The notes beneath the pieces were generated by a model. The model saw only the letters and a list, made by a program, of their open reading frames with translations. It was not told where the DNA came from and ran no database searches. A DNA stretch of 56,554 nucleotides from Bradyrhizobium sp. (lineage in GTDB: Bacteria > Pseudomonadota > Alphaproteobacteria > Rhizobiales > Xanthobacteraceae), in contig DATHPL010000483.1 in assembly GCA_035483915.1 (NCBI GenBank), forward strand, positions 1 through 56,554. The letters run 5' to 3'. Every line of letters begins with the position of its first letter. Positions within the stretch are counted from its first letter, which is position 1. A program made the position numbers and the translations under genes. Positions 37,745-47,500 of the stretch are shown here, in pieces.

Positions 37745-39106
37745 ATGGCCGACAAGCGTATGGCCGACAAAAAGTCGCAGATGCATCTTGCTCTTTTCGC
37801 CATCGGCACGGGACATCACGTTTCTGGATGGAGGTTGCCTGAGGCCAAGGCGGGAGCTCTCGACTTTCAGTTTTTCCGCCAGATCGCGGAGACGGCGGAG
37901 CGCGGCAAGTTCGACATGTTGTTTCTTGCCGATGCGTTGAGTGCGGCGACGACCCAGCACCCGTCTTATATTGTTCGTCTTGAACCCCTCACGCTGCTCG
38001 CCGCATTGACTGCTGTCACGAGCCGCATCGGATTGGCGGCAACAGCCATTTCGACTTACACCGAGCCGTACAACCTTGCGCGCTATTTTGCTTCGCTAGA
38101 CCATATGAGCGGTGGCCGCGCCGCATGGAACGTCGTCACCGGCGCGTTCCCAGAGGCCGCTGACAACTTCGGAACGACGCCGCATCCGGATCATTCGACA
38201 CGTTATGCGATGGCCGACGAATTTCTCGGCGTCGTGAAGGGATTATGGGACAGTTGGGAGGACGGCGCGCTCGTCGCCGACAAGCAAACCGGCCAATATC
38301 TCGACAATTCGAAGCTTCACGTGCTGGACCATGAAGGCCAGTATTATCGGGTCAAGGGACCGCTGAATACCGCGCGGCCGCCTCAGGGCTATCCGGTGAT
38401 TATTCAGGCGGGCGCGTCCGATACCGGTCGCGACTTTGCCGCTAAGGTGGCAGAAGTGGTTTTTGCGGTTCAGCAGGACCTTGAGACAGCCAAGGCTTTC
38501 CGCAAAGACATGCGGACCCGCGCAGAAAATTTCGGGCGCGATCCCAATTCTGTGAAGGTACTGCCCGGCGTATCGCCAATCGTTGCCGATTCCGACGAAG
38601 AGGCAAAGGCGATCATCGAGAAGCTTGGCCAATTCGCAGATCCGGTCACCGCTCTGCGTATTCTCTCTGAACGCATCGGCCACGATCTATCGAATTACTC
38701 GTTGGACGACCCGGCGCCGACCTTCCCGCCGTCCAAGAATATGCAGGGTCATTCCATCAACCTGGCTAGAATGGCCAAAGAATACAACATGACGCTGCGT
38801 CAGCTTCGCGACTACGCGATGGCGGCGCAGGGGCACCGCTTGATCTGGGGTACGCCGGAGCGTGTCGCGGACGATATGCAGAAATGGTTCGACGAGGGAG
38901 CGGCCGACGGGTTCGTTATCATGCCCGCATACTTTCCGGGCGCGCTGAATTCGTTCGTCGATCGCGTGATCCCGATCCTGCAAAAGCGCGGCATCTTCCG
39001 GACCGACTATGAATCCTCGACGCTTCGTGGACACCTTGGTCTGGAGCGTCCGCCTCACGCCGCCGCAGCGCCTTTCGATGCCCGCCTCGAGACGGCGCGG
39101 GGCTGA
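37745..39106 (+). CDS. NtaA/DmoA-family FMN-dependent monooxygenase
   Basis: Close paralog of 27894-29231; AERGKFDMLFLAD and PPQGYPVIIQAGAS; start 37745 or 37760. Confidence 0.92.
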   Translation: MADKRMADKKSQMHLALFAIGTGHHVSGWRLPEAKAGALDFQFFRQIAETAERGKFDMLFLADALSAATTQHPSYIVRLEPLTLLAALTAVTSRIGLAATAISTYTEPYNLARYFASLDHMSGGRAAWNVVTGAFPEAADNFGTTPHPDHSTRYAMADEFLGVVKGLWDSWEDGALVADKQTGQYLDNSKLHVLDHEGQYYRVKGPLNTARPPQGYPVIIQAGASDTGRDFAAKVAEVVFAVQQDLETAKAFRKDMRTRAENFGRDPNSVKVLPGVSPIVADSDEEAKAIIEKLGQFADPVTALRILSERIGHDLSNYSLDDPAPTFPPSKNMQGHSINLARMAKEYNMTLRQLRDYAMAAQGHRLIWGTPERVADDMQKWFDEGAADGFVIMPAYFPGALNSFVDRVIPILQKRGIFRTDYESSTLRGHLGLERPPHAAAAPFDARLETARG

Positions 39107-39236
39107 TTGCCCTGGTGGTATTGTGTTCGCACGGGCCGAGGCTCAGGTCGTTATTTGGGCATCTCGGGCAATCCGAGAGCTCATGGCGCCGCGCGTGGGA
39201 TTATAGTTCGGTTTCCAACACAGAAGTCATGGATCG

Positions 39237-40091
39237 ATGAAACCTGCGCCATTCGTCTACCACCGGCCCGCAAGCCTCAGCGAGATGCTGACGTTGCTTG
39301 AAGAGCATGGGGATGACGCGAAGGTCCTGGCGGGTGGGCAGAGCCTCGTCGCGGCGATGAATTTCCGTCTCGCGCGGCCTTCGATGTTGATCGATGCCAA
39401 CCGGCTCGCCGAACTTTCGTCCGTCATGGCCGACGGCGATCACCTCGTGATCGGTGCGCTGACCCGTCACGCGACTTTTCACAAGCCCGTGGTCGATCAT
39501 CCGATTGGACATCTGCTCGCGCGCGTCGTCCGTTTTATCGCCCATTATCCCATTCGACAGCGCGGTACGTTCGGTGGCAGCCTCTGCCATGCCGATCCGG
39601 CCTCGGAATGGTGCCTCGTTTCGACTGTGCTCGATGCCGAGATGCTTATCGAGAGCAAGGCAGGCAAGAGACGGCTGCCGGCCAAGGAGTTTTTCAAGGG
39701 TACCTTCACGACAGCTTTGAAGCCGAACGAACTCCTCACGCATATTCGCGTGCCGCTCGGCAATCGCGCGGCTAAGGGAGGATTTTACGAATTCTCCCGG
39801 CGAGCGGGGGACTTCGCGCTTGCGATGGCGCTAGTGACGCTGGAGTGCGACGGTTCGCGCATCAAGGCCGCCCGGCTGGGACTCGGTGGCATCGCCGATC
39901 GAGCGGTGAGGCTACCCGAGCTTGAAGCCAAACTTGTCGGGCAGAACGCAGATGAGAAGACTTTCAAGGAAATCGCGGCTGAAGCATCCGACTCGATCAC
40001 GCCGACGAGCGACATTCACGGATCGACGGAATATCGCAAGGATCTGATTAAGGCGGTGTTGTCGCGAGCGCTCTCCGAGGCAGCCGCATGA
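39237..40091 (+). CDS. FAD-binding medium subunit (CoxM-like)
   Basis: MKPAPFVY, AGGQSL, IRQRGTFGGS..HADP and RRAGDFA motifs. Confidence 0.93.
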   Translation: MKPAPFVYHRPASLSEMLTLLEEHGDDAKVLAGGQSLVAAMNFRLARPSMLIDANRLAELSSVMADGDHLVIGALTRHATFHKPVVDHPIGHLLARVVRFIAHYPIRQRGTFGGSLCHADPASEWCLVSTVLDAEMLIESKAGKRRLPAKEFFKGTFTTALKPNELLTHIRVPLGNRAAKGGFYEFSRRAGDFALAMALVTLECDGSRIKAARLGLGGIADRAVRLPELEAKLVGQNADEKTFKEIAAEASDSITPTSDIHGSTEYRKDLIKAVLSRALSEAAA

Positions 40092-42394
40092 GCTGGGTCG
40101 GCCGCTCGCTTCCGCGGTTGGAAGATCCCACTCTCGTCAGAGGGGAAGGCAATTACGTCGCCGACGCTGCGCGGGGCGCGGCCTCGGTGCGCTTTGTTAG
40201 GAGCCCGGTCGCGAGTGGAACGATCCTCGGCATCGAGAAGCCGGAGGATGGTATCGTTTTTACGGCGGCGGACCTCGATGGGATCAAGGGCATCAAGCCC
40301 ATTTTGCATCGACCGGACTACGTTGCTGTAGAACAGCCGTTGCTCGCGAGGGAGCGCGTCGTCTTCGCAGGCCAGGCCATCGCTGTTGTCGTAGGCGAAG
40401 ACCACGCGGCTGCCGAGGATATCGCCGAACAGGTTTTCGTCGATATTGACCCTGTCGATGCCGCACTGGATGTCGACCTGGCTTTGGCAGCAGGGGCCCC
40501 CGTTGTTCACGAGCAGGCACCCGGAAATGTTCTGGTCGAGGGCAAGATGCGGACGCCCGGCCTCGACGGCATGCTCGAACAGGCCGCGGCGAAGATCACG
40601 ATCGAGATCCGTTCGCGGCGGCAGGCTGCGATGCCGCTCGAGACGAGGGGAGGCTTCGCGCAATACGACCGGGCGAGTGGCCGGGTTGCATTATATGCCT
40701 CAGTCCAGATGCCGCACATGTTGCGCACCGGCATTGCTGACGTGCTTGGAATTGCGGAGGCCGACCTTCGGGTCATCGCACCCGATGTCGGTGGCGGCTT
40801 TGGCCAGAAGATGTCGTTGTTCCCGGAATACGTGATCCTGGTATGGCTGGCCCGCCGCCTGAAGCGGGACCTGGCCTGGATCGAAGACCGTCGCGAGAAT
40901 CTGATGGCCGCGACCCACAGCAGGGACCAGGCGTTCACGGTCACGGGGGCATTTTCTTCGGACGGGAAGCTCCTTGGCATCGAGGCCGACATGCGCAGCA
41001 ATGTCGGCGCTTTCTCCTGTTACCCGGTGACCTGCGGCGTCGAGCCGCTGATGGCGCTTGCCGAACTGCCTGGACCCTACGTCTTCAAGGAATATGGAGC
41101 GCGATCCCGTGGGGTTACCACCAACACCTGCATGATGGCTCCCTATCGTGGTGTTTCACGTCCGACGCTCACCTTTTCGATGGAGCGGTTGATGGACGTT
41201 GCCGCGCGACGGCTTGGTATCGATCCGGTCGAGATCCGCCGGCGCAACCTCGTCGATACGTTTCCTTACCGCTCGCCGACCGGCCTCGTCTATGACGAGG
41301 GTTCGTACCGGGCGACGATGGAAACCGCGGTTGCAGCCATCGACCTGCCGGCCTTTCGGGCGCGCCAGAAGAAGGAATGGGAAAACGGGCGCTATCTCGG
41401 CTTCGGACTTTCCGTTTTCAACGAGCGTACAGGTTACGGAACGCCGGCCTATGCGGCTCGCGGCATGGATATCGTGCCCGGATACGAAATCGTCGATTGT
41501 TCGATGGATCCGTCTGGCAATACGTCGGTCCGAATCGGTTCGTCGCCGCACGGTCAAGGTCTCAAGACGACCCTTGCGCAATTGGTTGCCGACGAACTTG
41601 GGGTGACCCCACAGACGGTCAGGATCATCGCCGGAGATACGGATGCGACGCCGTATGGCTGGGGTACGTTTGCCAGTCGATCGCTGGTGATTGGAGGTGG
41701 TGCCTGCAAACTGGCCGCTGGGAAAATCGCGGTGAAGCTGAAAGCAATCGCGGCTACCCTAATGGAGACGGAGGCCGACAATATCGACCTGGACGACGGG
41801 CTTGCCAAGGTTCGCAACAGCAATAAAAGCATGCCGATCCCGGAGCTCGCGCGTGCCGCGTATCATCAAAGCCATAGGTTTGCCGGCTCAAGCCCGGGGC
41901 TACACGAAAACGCGGTCTATGATCCCGCAGGCACGTTCTCGAACGCCTGCCACGCGTCGATCGTTGAAGTGGATATCGAAACGGGGCGAGTGAAAATCGA
42001 ACGCTTTGTCGTTGCCGAAGATGCCGGCGTTCTCGTCAATCCCATGATCGTGGATGGACAAATATGCGGTGGCGTCGCTCAAGGGATTGCAAACGCGCTC
42101 TACGAGGAGATCGTGTACGACGACCTCGGCAATTGTCTCACGACCTCGCTTGCAGATTTCCTGCCGCCGACGATCAACGAGATTCCGACGATCGAAATTC
42201 TTCATAGTTGCACGCTGTCCGATGCCACCATCACCAAGGCGAAAGGCGTGGGCGAGGGTGGCCTCATCGGTGCACCCGCCTGTGTCGTCAATGCGATTGT
42301 CGATGCCTTGACGCCGTTCGGCATCGAGATTTTTGAAATACCCGCCACGCCGCAGCGAATCCTCGATCATATCAGGGGGAGGAAAAAGACATGA
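40088..42394 (+). CDS. Molybdopterin-binding large subunit 1 (XDH/CoxL family)
   Basis: LETRG, SVQMPH, GGGFGQK, APYRGVSR, HGQG, GTFASRS and KGVGEGG motifs. Confidence 0.92.
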   Translation: MSWVGRSLPRLEDPTLVRGEGNYVADAARGAASVRFVRSPVASGTILGIEKPEDGIVFTAADLDGIKGIKPILHRPDYVAVEQPLLARERVVFAGQAIAVVVGEDHAAAEDIAEQVFVDIDPVDAALDVDLALAAGAPVVHEQAPGNVLVEGKMRTPGLDGMLEQAAAKITIEIRSRRQAAMPLETRGGFAQYDRASGRVALYASVQMPHMLRTGIADVLGIAEADLRVIAPDVGGGFGQKMSLFPEYVILVWLARRLKRDLAWIEDRRENLMAATHSRDQAFTVTGAFSSDGKLLGIEADMRSNVGAFSCYPVTCGVEPLMALAELPGPYVFKEYGARSRGVTTNTCMMAPYRGVSRPTLTFSMERLMDVAARRLGIDPVEIRRRNLVDTFPYRSPTGLVYDEGSYRATMETAVAAIDLPAFRARQKKEWENGRYLGFGLSVFNERTGYGTPAYAARGMDIVPGYEIVDCSMDPSGNTSVRIGSSPHGQGLKTTLAQLVADELGVTPQTVRIIAGDTDATPYGWGTFASRSLVIGGGACKLAAGKIAVKLKAIAATLMETEADNIDLDDGLAKVRNSNKSMPIPELARAAYHQSHRFAGSSPGLHENAVYDPAGTFSNACHASIVEVDIETGRVKIERFVVAEDAGVLVNPMIVDGQICGGVAQGIANALYEEIVYDDLGNCLTTSLADFLPPTINEIPTIEILHSCTLSDATITKAKGVGEGGLIGAPACVVNAIVDALTPFGIEIFEIPATPQRILDHIRGRKKT

Positions 42395-42867
42395 CGGACA
42401 AGGTGCCGATCGTTCTCCAGGTCAATGGATCCGCCTATCCCGTTTCGGTCGAGCCGCGACGCAGCCTTGCAGATGCCCTGCGCGAAGATTGCGGTTTGAC
42501 GGGGACGCATCTCGGATGTGAACATGGCGTTTGCGGCGCATGCACCGTGCTCGTCGACGGCAAACCGGTGCGCGCTTGCCTCATGTTTGCGGTCCAGGCA
42601 AGCGAAGTGCCGATCCGCACCGTCGAAGGGCTCGCCAATGGTGAAGAGCTTCATCCGCTGCAAAAGCAATTCTGGAATAACCATGGATTGCAGTGCGGCT
42701 TCTGCACGCCGGGCTTTTTGATGCTGGCAGCGGGCGCGCTGGAAGCCGATCCCGATATGACCGACGAAGAACTGCGCGAGGTTCTGTCTTCGAACCTGTG
42801 CCGTTGCACGGGGTATCAGAACATCATCAAGGCGGTGAAGCTTGCCGCGGCCGAGATGCGGAAATGA
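42391..42867 (+). CDS. 2Fe-2S small subunit (CoxS-like)
   Basis: GCEHGVCGACT, QCGFCTPG and NLCRCTGY motifs. Confidence 0.93.
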   Translation: MTDKVPIVLQVNGSAYPVSVEPRRSLADALREDCGLTGTHLGCEHGVCGACTVLVDGKPVRACLMFAVQASEVPIRTVEGLANGEELHPLQKQFWNNHGLQCGFCTPGFLMLAAGALEADPDMTDEELREVLSSNLCRCTGYQNIIKAVKLAAAEMRK

Positions 42868-45155
42868 GCTCTGTCGGCCGGTCGTTGAGGCGGATCGAGG
42901 ATAGACCGCTCCTGCTCGGCCGGGGGCGGTTCGCGGCCGACTATCGTTTCGACGGTCAGTTGGTGATGCGAGTCGTCCGGTCGCCGGTAGCTTTCGGCCG
43001 TCTTCTAAGCGTCGATATCGACGATGCGCGCGAGATGCCAGGGGTTGTCGCAATATGGACGGCGGCCGACATCGCGGACATTCCCCCGATCGACTTCCGG
43101 ATGACGCGTATCAAGGGGCTCGAACCCTATCGGCAGCTCGTTCTTGCGCGGGACTACGTGCGCTTTGTCGGTGAACCGGTCGCCGTTGTTTTTGCCGAAG
43201 ACGTCTATCAGGCGGAAGATGCCGCCGATCTGGTATTTTGCGATATCGAGGAAGAGACTGCGCATCTCGATGCGACGGCATCACCTGTTCCCTTTATGCC
43301 CGAAAGCTTACCCGGCGTGCTTAGTGAACCCGCCGTTATCAAGAAATCCTATGGTGATATCGAGAAAGCGTTTGCGGACGCGAAACACATCGTGGAGCTT
43401 GAAGTCGCGGTGGGCCGCCATACCGGTGTGCCGATGGAGACGCGGGGCGCGCTGGCCGTCCACGACCGGGATACCGGCGTGCTGACGATGTACGGTGCTG
43501 CCAAGGTTCCTCACTACAATCGCGATGCGATTGGTCGCATGCTGCAATTGCGCGCCGGCGCGATCGAGCTCAGCGAGGGGCATGTCGGCGGCGGCTTCGG
43601 CATCCGTGGCGAGCTGTATCCGGAGGATGTACTGGTCTGCGCAGGCGCCCTTCGTTTGGGAAGGCCGGTCAAGTGGATCGAAGATCGCCGAGAGCATCTT
43701 CTTTCGGCCAATCATTCGCGGGATCAGGTCCATCGGATGCGCGCGGCGGTCGATGAAAAAGGATTCATTTTAGGCCTTGAAGCCGAATTCTTCACAGATC
43801 AGGGCGCCTATGTACGCACCCACGGCGGTACCGTCTCTGATCTCGCTGCTGCGCTGCTACCGGGTCCTTACCTCATCCCGGCCTACCGTGTGAGCGGACA
43901 CATCCGTCTTACCAACAAGACGCCTGCCGGCACTTATCGGGCACCCGGCCGGTACGAAACCACATTCGCCCGTGAGCGTTTGATGGATACCATCGCGCAC
44001 AAGCTCGGTCTGGACCTCGTTGAGGTGAGGCGAACCAATCTCATTCCCGAGGACCGCATGCCCTACGATCGAAAGATCGACGCGTTGGGCACCGACGTCA
44101 TTTATGACGCCGGCAAATATCACGATCTCCTGACCAAGACGTTGGATCACGTCGGCTACGATCGGTTGCGTGCCGAGGCTGCCGACCGACGTTCGAACGG
44201 TGAGCGAGTTGGCATTGGGGTGGCGTTGTTCATCGAAAAAAGCGGTCTTGGTCCGCGCGATCTCGTACGAGCCCGGTTGCTCAAAGACGGATCGATCGAG
44301 GTCATTACCGGCGTGGCATCGATCGGTCAGGGCGTAGAGACTGTCATTGCCCAGATATGCGCTGAATCGCTCTCGGTGGAGATCGAGCAAATTTCGGTCG
44401 TTCACGGGCAGACGTCACGGATCGAAATCGGGCTGGGAGCATTCGCTTCGCGCGTCACCGTGATGACGGGCTCAGCTGCACAAGTCGCGGCCCGCGCGCT
44501 GCGTGACAAGATCCTCAGCGTCGCGGCTGGCTTGATGCATAAGGACATCGGAGAGCTGATGCTTATCGACGGGATGGTGCGGCACCGGGAGTCAAACACC
44601 ACCCTCCAGCTCGTGGAAATCGCCGAGCAGACTCCCGATCTTATCGAGGCCGAAGGTGAGTTCTCCGCCGATCACATGAACTATCCGTACGGTGTCCATG
44701 TCGCGAAGGTAAGGGTAGATCCAGAGACGTGTGGGGTGAAGGTCGAGCGGTATATCGTCGGCTACGAAGTTGGCCGCGCCATCAACCCCATGCTCGTGCA
44801 CGGTCAGATAGCCGGCGCAGCGGTTCAGGGAATCGGCGGAGCCCTTCTCGAAGAGTTCGTCTACAATGAAGCAGGGCAACCGCTCGCGACCAGTTTCGCC
44901 GACTATCTCATTCCGACGAGCAACGAGACGCCGACGATCGAAATGTACCTGCGGGAGGATTGCCCCAGCCCACAAAATCCGCTCGGCGTGCGCGGTGCCG
45001 GCGAAGGCGGATTGACCGCCGTAGGCGCCGCAATCGGCGCTGCGGTCGACGATGCATTGCAATCGCCGGGATTGGTCGATTGCCTTCCAATCGGACCGAG
45101 CAAATTGCATGCCATGGTCCGAAAATATCCCAAGGCGACTGTCAGTCGCCCTTGA
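42864..45155 (+). CDS. Molybdopterin-binding large subunit 2 (XDH/CoxL family)
   Basis: METRG, AAKVPH, GGGFGIRG, GTYRAPGR, GAFASR and RGAGEGG motifs; ATGA overlap. Confidence 0.92.
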   Translation: MSSVGRSLRRIEDRPLLLGRGRFAADYRFDGQLVMRVVRSPVAFGRLLSVDIDDAREMPGVVAIWTAADIADIPPIDFRMTRIKGLEPYRQLVLARDYVRFVGEPVAVVFAEDVYQAEDAADLVFCDIEEETAHLDATASPVPFMPESLPGVLSEPAVIKKSYGDIEKAFADAKHIVELEVAVGRHTGVPMETRGALAVHDRDTGVLTMYGAAKVPHYNRDAIGRMLQLRAGAIELSEGHVGGGFGIRGELYPEDVLVCAGALRLGRPVKWIEDRREHLLSANHSRDQVHRMRAAVDEKGFILGLEAEFFTDQGAYVRTHGGTVSDLAAALLPGPYLIPAYRVSGHIRLTNKTPAGTYRAPGRYETTFARERLMDTIAHKLGLDLVEVRRTNLIPEDRMPYDRKIDALGTDVIYDAGKYHDLLTKTLDHVGYDRLRAEAADRRSNGERVGIGVALFIEKSGLGPRDLVRARLLKDGSIEVITGVASIGQGVETVIAQICAESLSVEIEQISVVHGQTSRIEIGLGAFASRVTVMTGSAAQVAARALRDKILSVAAGLMHKDIGELMLIDGMVRHRESNTTLQLVEIAEQTPDLIEAEGEFSADHMNYPYGVHVAKVRVDPETCGVKVERYIVGYEVGRAINPMLVHGQIAGAAVQGIGGALLEEFVYNEAGQPLATSFADYLIPTSNETPTIEMYLREDCPSPQNPLGVRGAGEGGLTAVGAAIGAAVDDALQSPGLVDCLPIGPSKLHAMVRKYPKATVSRP

Positions 45156-45741
45156 GATTGATCCAGAGCGTCCTGACGCGCTTCGTTCCGTTGTTCCAGA
45201 ACCTGTGGGGCCGCTTTGATTCAAATGCGATGAGATCGCCGGCCTTGAGCTGATAGGTCACGTTCTCGAGCTCGATCGTCAGCGCACCTTCGAGTACGAA
45301 GCCGTACTCAAATCCGCTGTGAGCCCCGCGCTTCAGTGAACTGCCAGTTTCCGGTTCGTATTCGTTGATAGCAAGCGAAATTCCCCTTGAGCGGTCCTCC
45401 CGCAGCACACGCCGGATGACGTTCTGCGCGGTCTTTACGAAGGGCTGATCGCTTGCCCGAATAACGATGCGCTCCTCATCTGGCGGGGACGAAACGATGA
45501 GATCTGACATCGTGACGTTGAGTGCGTTGGCGATAACAATGAGCGACTGGATCGACGGTGCGGCTCGCCCTCGCTCAACTAGGCTCAGCATCGAGGGGCT
45601 GAGGTCGGTGATTTCGGCGAGATCCTGAAGCGTCATTTCGCGCTCCAGCCGCAGGCTCCGCAGGCGGTTTCCGATCGCGGCAACCACCGCGTTCGATGTT
45701 TCTTCAATCGACGCCATTGCGACGCCCTTTGTGCGAGCCAC
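45142..45741 (-). CDS. XRE-family HTH regulator with C-terminal cupin sensor
   Basis: IGNRLRSLR...TLQDLA...LSPSMLSLVERGRAAPS; cupin HSGFEYGFVLEG...GDLIAFESKRPH; start 45741 or 45717. Confidence 0.9.
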   Translation of the reverse strand: MARTKGVAMASIEETSNAVVAAIGNRLRSLRLEREMTLQDLAEITDLSPSMLSLVERGRAAPSIQSLIVIANALNVTMSDLIVSSPPDEERIVIRASDQPFVKTAQNVIRRVLREDRSRGISLAINEYEPETGSSLKRGAHSGFEYGFVLEGALTIELENVTYQLKAGDLIAFESKRPHRFWNNGTKRVRTLWINLKGD

Positions 45742-45859
45742 TTGAATTGACCTCTTCCATGTCTTTGCCGGTAAACAGCAATGCCCTTACCAACTGGGAT
45801 TGCGTTTTTCAATTTAGTTATATAAATTTGAACCCAGTTGAAAGGGAGCAAAAACCAAC

Positions 45860-46237
45860 ATGAGTGAGTCGATTCAGGTCGTCGACACAATTCATTCCCC
45901 AGAGATACCTATCGTGGAAGGGGTCGGCAACGCCAAAGTCGTCATTTGGCCGGGGATGGGAGCTCACTACCGCACTTTTCAGGTCATTAATTTGGGTAAC
46001 AACTCCAAGACCATTCAACTTTGTCACCCGGAAAGCGATGCAGCCTACTACGTCCTGGAGGGGCGGGGTTCTGTGCTGGACGTCAGTAGCGGTCAATCGC
46101 AGGAATTGGCCGAAGGCGGAATGGTCCATATCGATGCAAAAGATCGTTATCAGTTTGTCGCGAGTTCATCGGGAATGAATCTGCTTGGTGGTCCGTGTCC
46201 AGCTGACGCGAGCCTTTACGCGGCCTTGAAGAGCTGA
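45860..46237 (+). CDS. Cupin-domain protein with degenerate metal motif
   Basis: HPESDAAYYVLEGRG...GGMVHIDAKDRYQF; RBS GGAG. Confidence 0.75.
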   Translation: MSESIQVVDTIHSPEIPIVEGVGNAKVVIWPGMGAHYRTFQVINLGNNSKTIQLCHPESDAAYYVLEGRGSVLDVSSGQSQELAEGGMVHIDAKDRYQFVASSSGMNLLGGPCPADASLYAALKS

Positions 46238-46248
46238 AGAGGGCGTCA

Positions 46249-46650
46249 ATGGCAATTCGAGTATTCCACCGCGATACCCCTACTTTGCGTCTGCCCTTCA
46301 TCTCCAAGGACGCTCGTTTCGTCGTCTGGCCCGGCACGGGTGCCTGGACCGCGAATTTGAACTACGTTGTGCTCGAACCCGGAGAGGCCAACGTTCCGCA
46401 CGTCCATACCATCTCGGAAGACACGATTTTTATCCTGAAAGGCGAAGGCACGATCCACGACTATACCAATGACGTTCACCTGCCATTCCACGCAGGTTGC
46501 GCGGTGCATGTGCCGGTCGGGATCAAGCATGCGGTTGCTGCCGACCGCGGCGTCGAGATCGTGAGTGTTGGCGGGCCTGCGCCGGCCGATGTTCCTCTGC
46601 TGAAGAAGGTCGGCGCGATTCCAGCAGATGCGGAGCCGCCGGGCCGGTGA
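46249..46650 (+). CDS. Cupin-domain protein with canonical 3His-1Glu motif
   Basis: PHVHTISEDTIFILKGEG...GCAVHVPVGIKHAV. Confidence 0.85.
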   Translation: MAIRVFHRDTPTLRLPFISKDARFVVWPGTGAWTANLNYVVLEPGEANVPHVHTISEDTIFILKGEGTIHDYTNDVHLPFHAGCAVHVPVGIKHAVAADRGVEIVSVGGPAPADVPLLKKVGAIPADAEPPGR

Positions 46651-46877
46651 GAATGGCGGTTGTCCAATTTGCAGTTGAGGCGTTTGCGCCTCCCGCAAAT
46701 CGCCGTCGACCGCTTGCGTCTATCGATCGGGCGGTCGGTCACCGCACCGGATCGGCCGCGCCGACCCTGGCAGCGCGGCATCGCTTGGCATTGGTAAATT
46801 CCCGCAAAGACCGCCGAGCCGATATTGACGGCGTGCACTCGCGGGATTGCGTGCTCTGATAGAGCCGGAGACCAGTT

Positions 46878-47477
46878 ATGGAAATCAAACAGAATTTCGT
46901 CGTATCGCAACCGCTATCAACCATCTGGGATTTCTTTCACGACGTGCCCGCCGTGGCGAAATGTCTGCCCGGGGCGGAATATCTCGGCACCAAGGACGAC
47001 GGCGCCATTAGCGGCAAGGTCTCTGCCAAAGTCGGGCCGTTTCAAGCGAGCTTCGAAGGTGAAGCCAAGGTCAAGTACGACGAAGATGCCAAGAAGGTCG
47101 CGTTCGACGGCAAGGGCGTCGACCGGAAAGGTGCCAGCCGCGGCAAGATGTCGATGCTGTGCACGCTCGCTCCGGAGAGAAACGCGACGCGCGTCGATGT
47201 CGTCGCCGACGTCCAGCTCTCCGGTAGTATCGCTCAGTTTGGAAGAACCGGTCTGTTGACCGAGATCGCCAATCAGCTTGTTGCCGAATTCGTCAGGAAC
47301 GCCGAGGCGGAACTCGGTCAGAGAAACGCGCCCGCGGGTGGCGTCCAAGCCGCGCCAGGCGCCGCCACGCCGGCGACTTCGGGCGGATCGGGAGTAGTCA
47401 AGCCGCTCAACCCGACCTCGCTGTTTTTCGCCGCCCTAAAGGCATGGCTCGCTTCCCTCTTTAAAAAGGCTTCTTAA
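46878..47477 (+). CDS. coxG: CoxG/SRPBCC-family accessory protein
   Basis: DVPAVAKCLPGA, KVGPF...F.G and SGSIAQFGR.GL; Ala/Pro linker and amphipathic C-tail. Confidence 0.8.
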   Translation: MEIKQNFVVSQPLSTIWDFFHDVPAVAKCLPGAEYLGTKDDGAISGKVSAKVGPFQASFEGEAKVKYDEDAKKVAFDGKGVDRKGASRGKMSMLCTLAPERNATRVDVVADVQLSGSIAQFGRTGLLTEIANQLVAEFVRNAEAELGQRNAPAGGVQAAPGAATPATSGGSGVVKPLNPTSLFFAALKAWLASLFKKAS

Positions 47478-47500
47478 CTCGTACCGAAAGGAATCACACG

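Noticed and set aside
21270-45155. Calling the Mo enzymes aerobic CO dehydrogenase (coxMSL)
   Set aside because: None of the three large subunits has the form I AYxCSFR loop or the form II AYRGAGR loop; they read TYRGPGR, PYRGVSR and TYRAPGR
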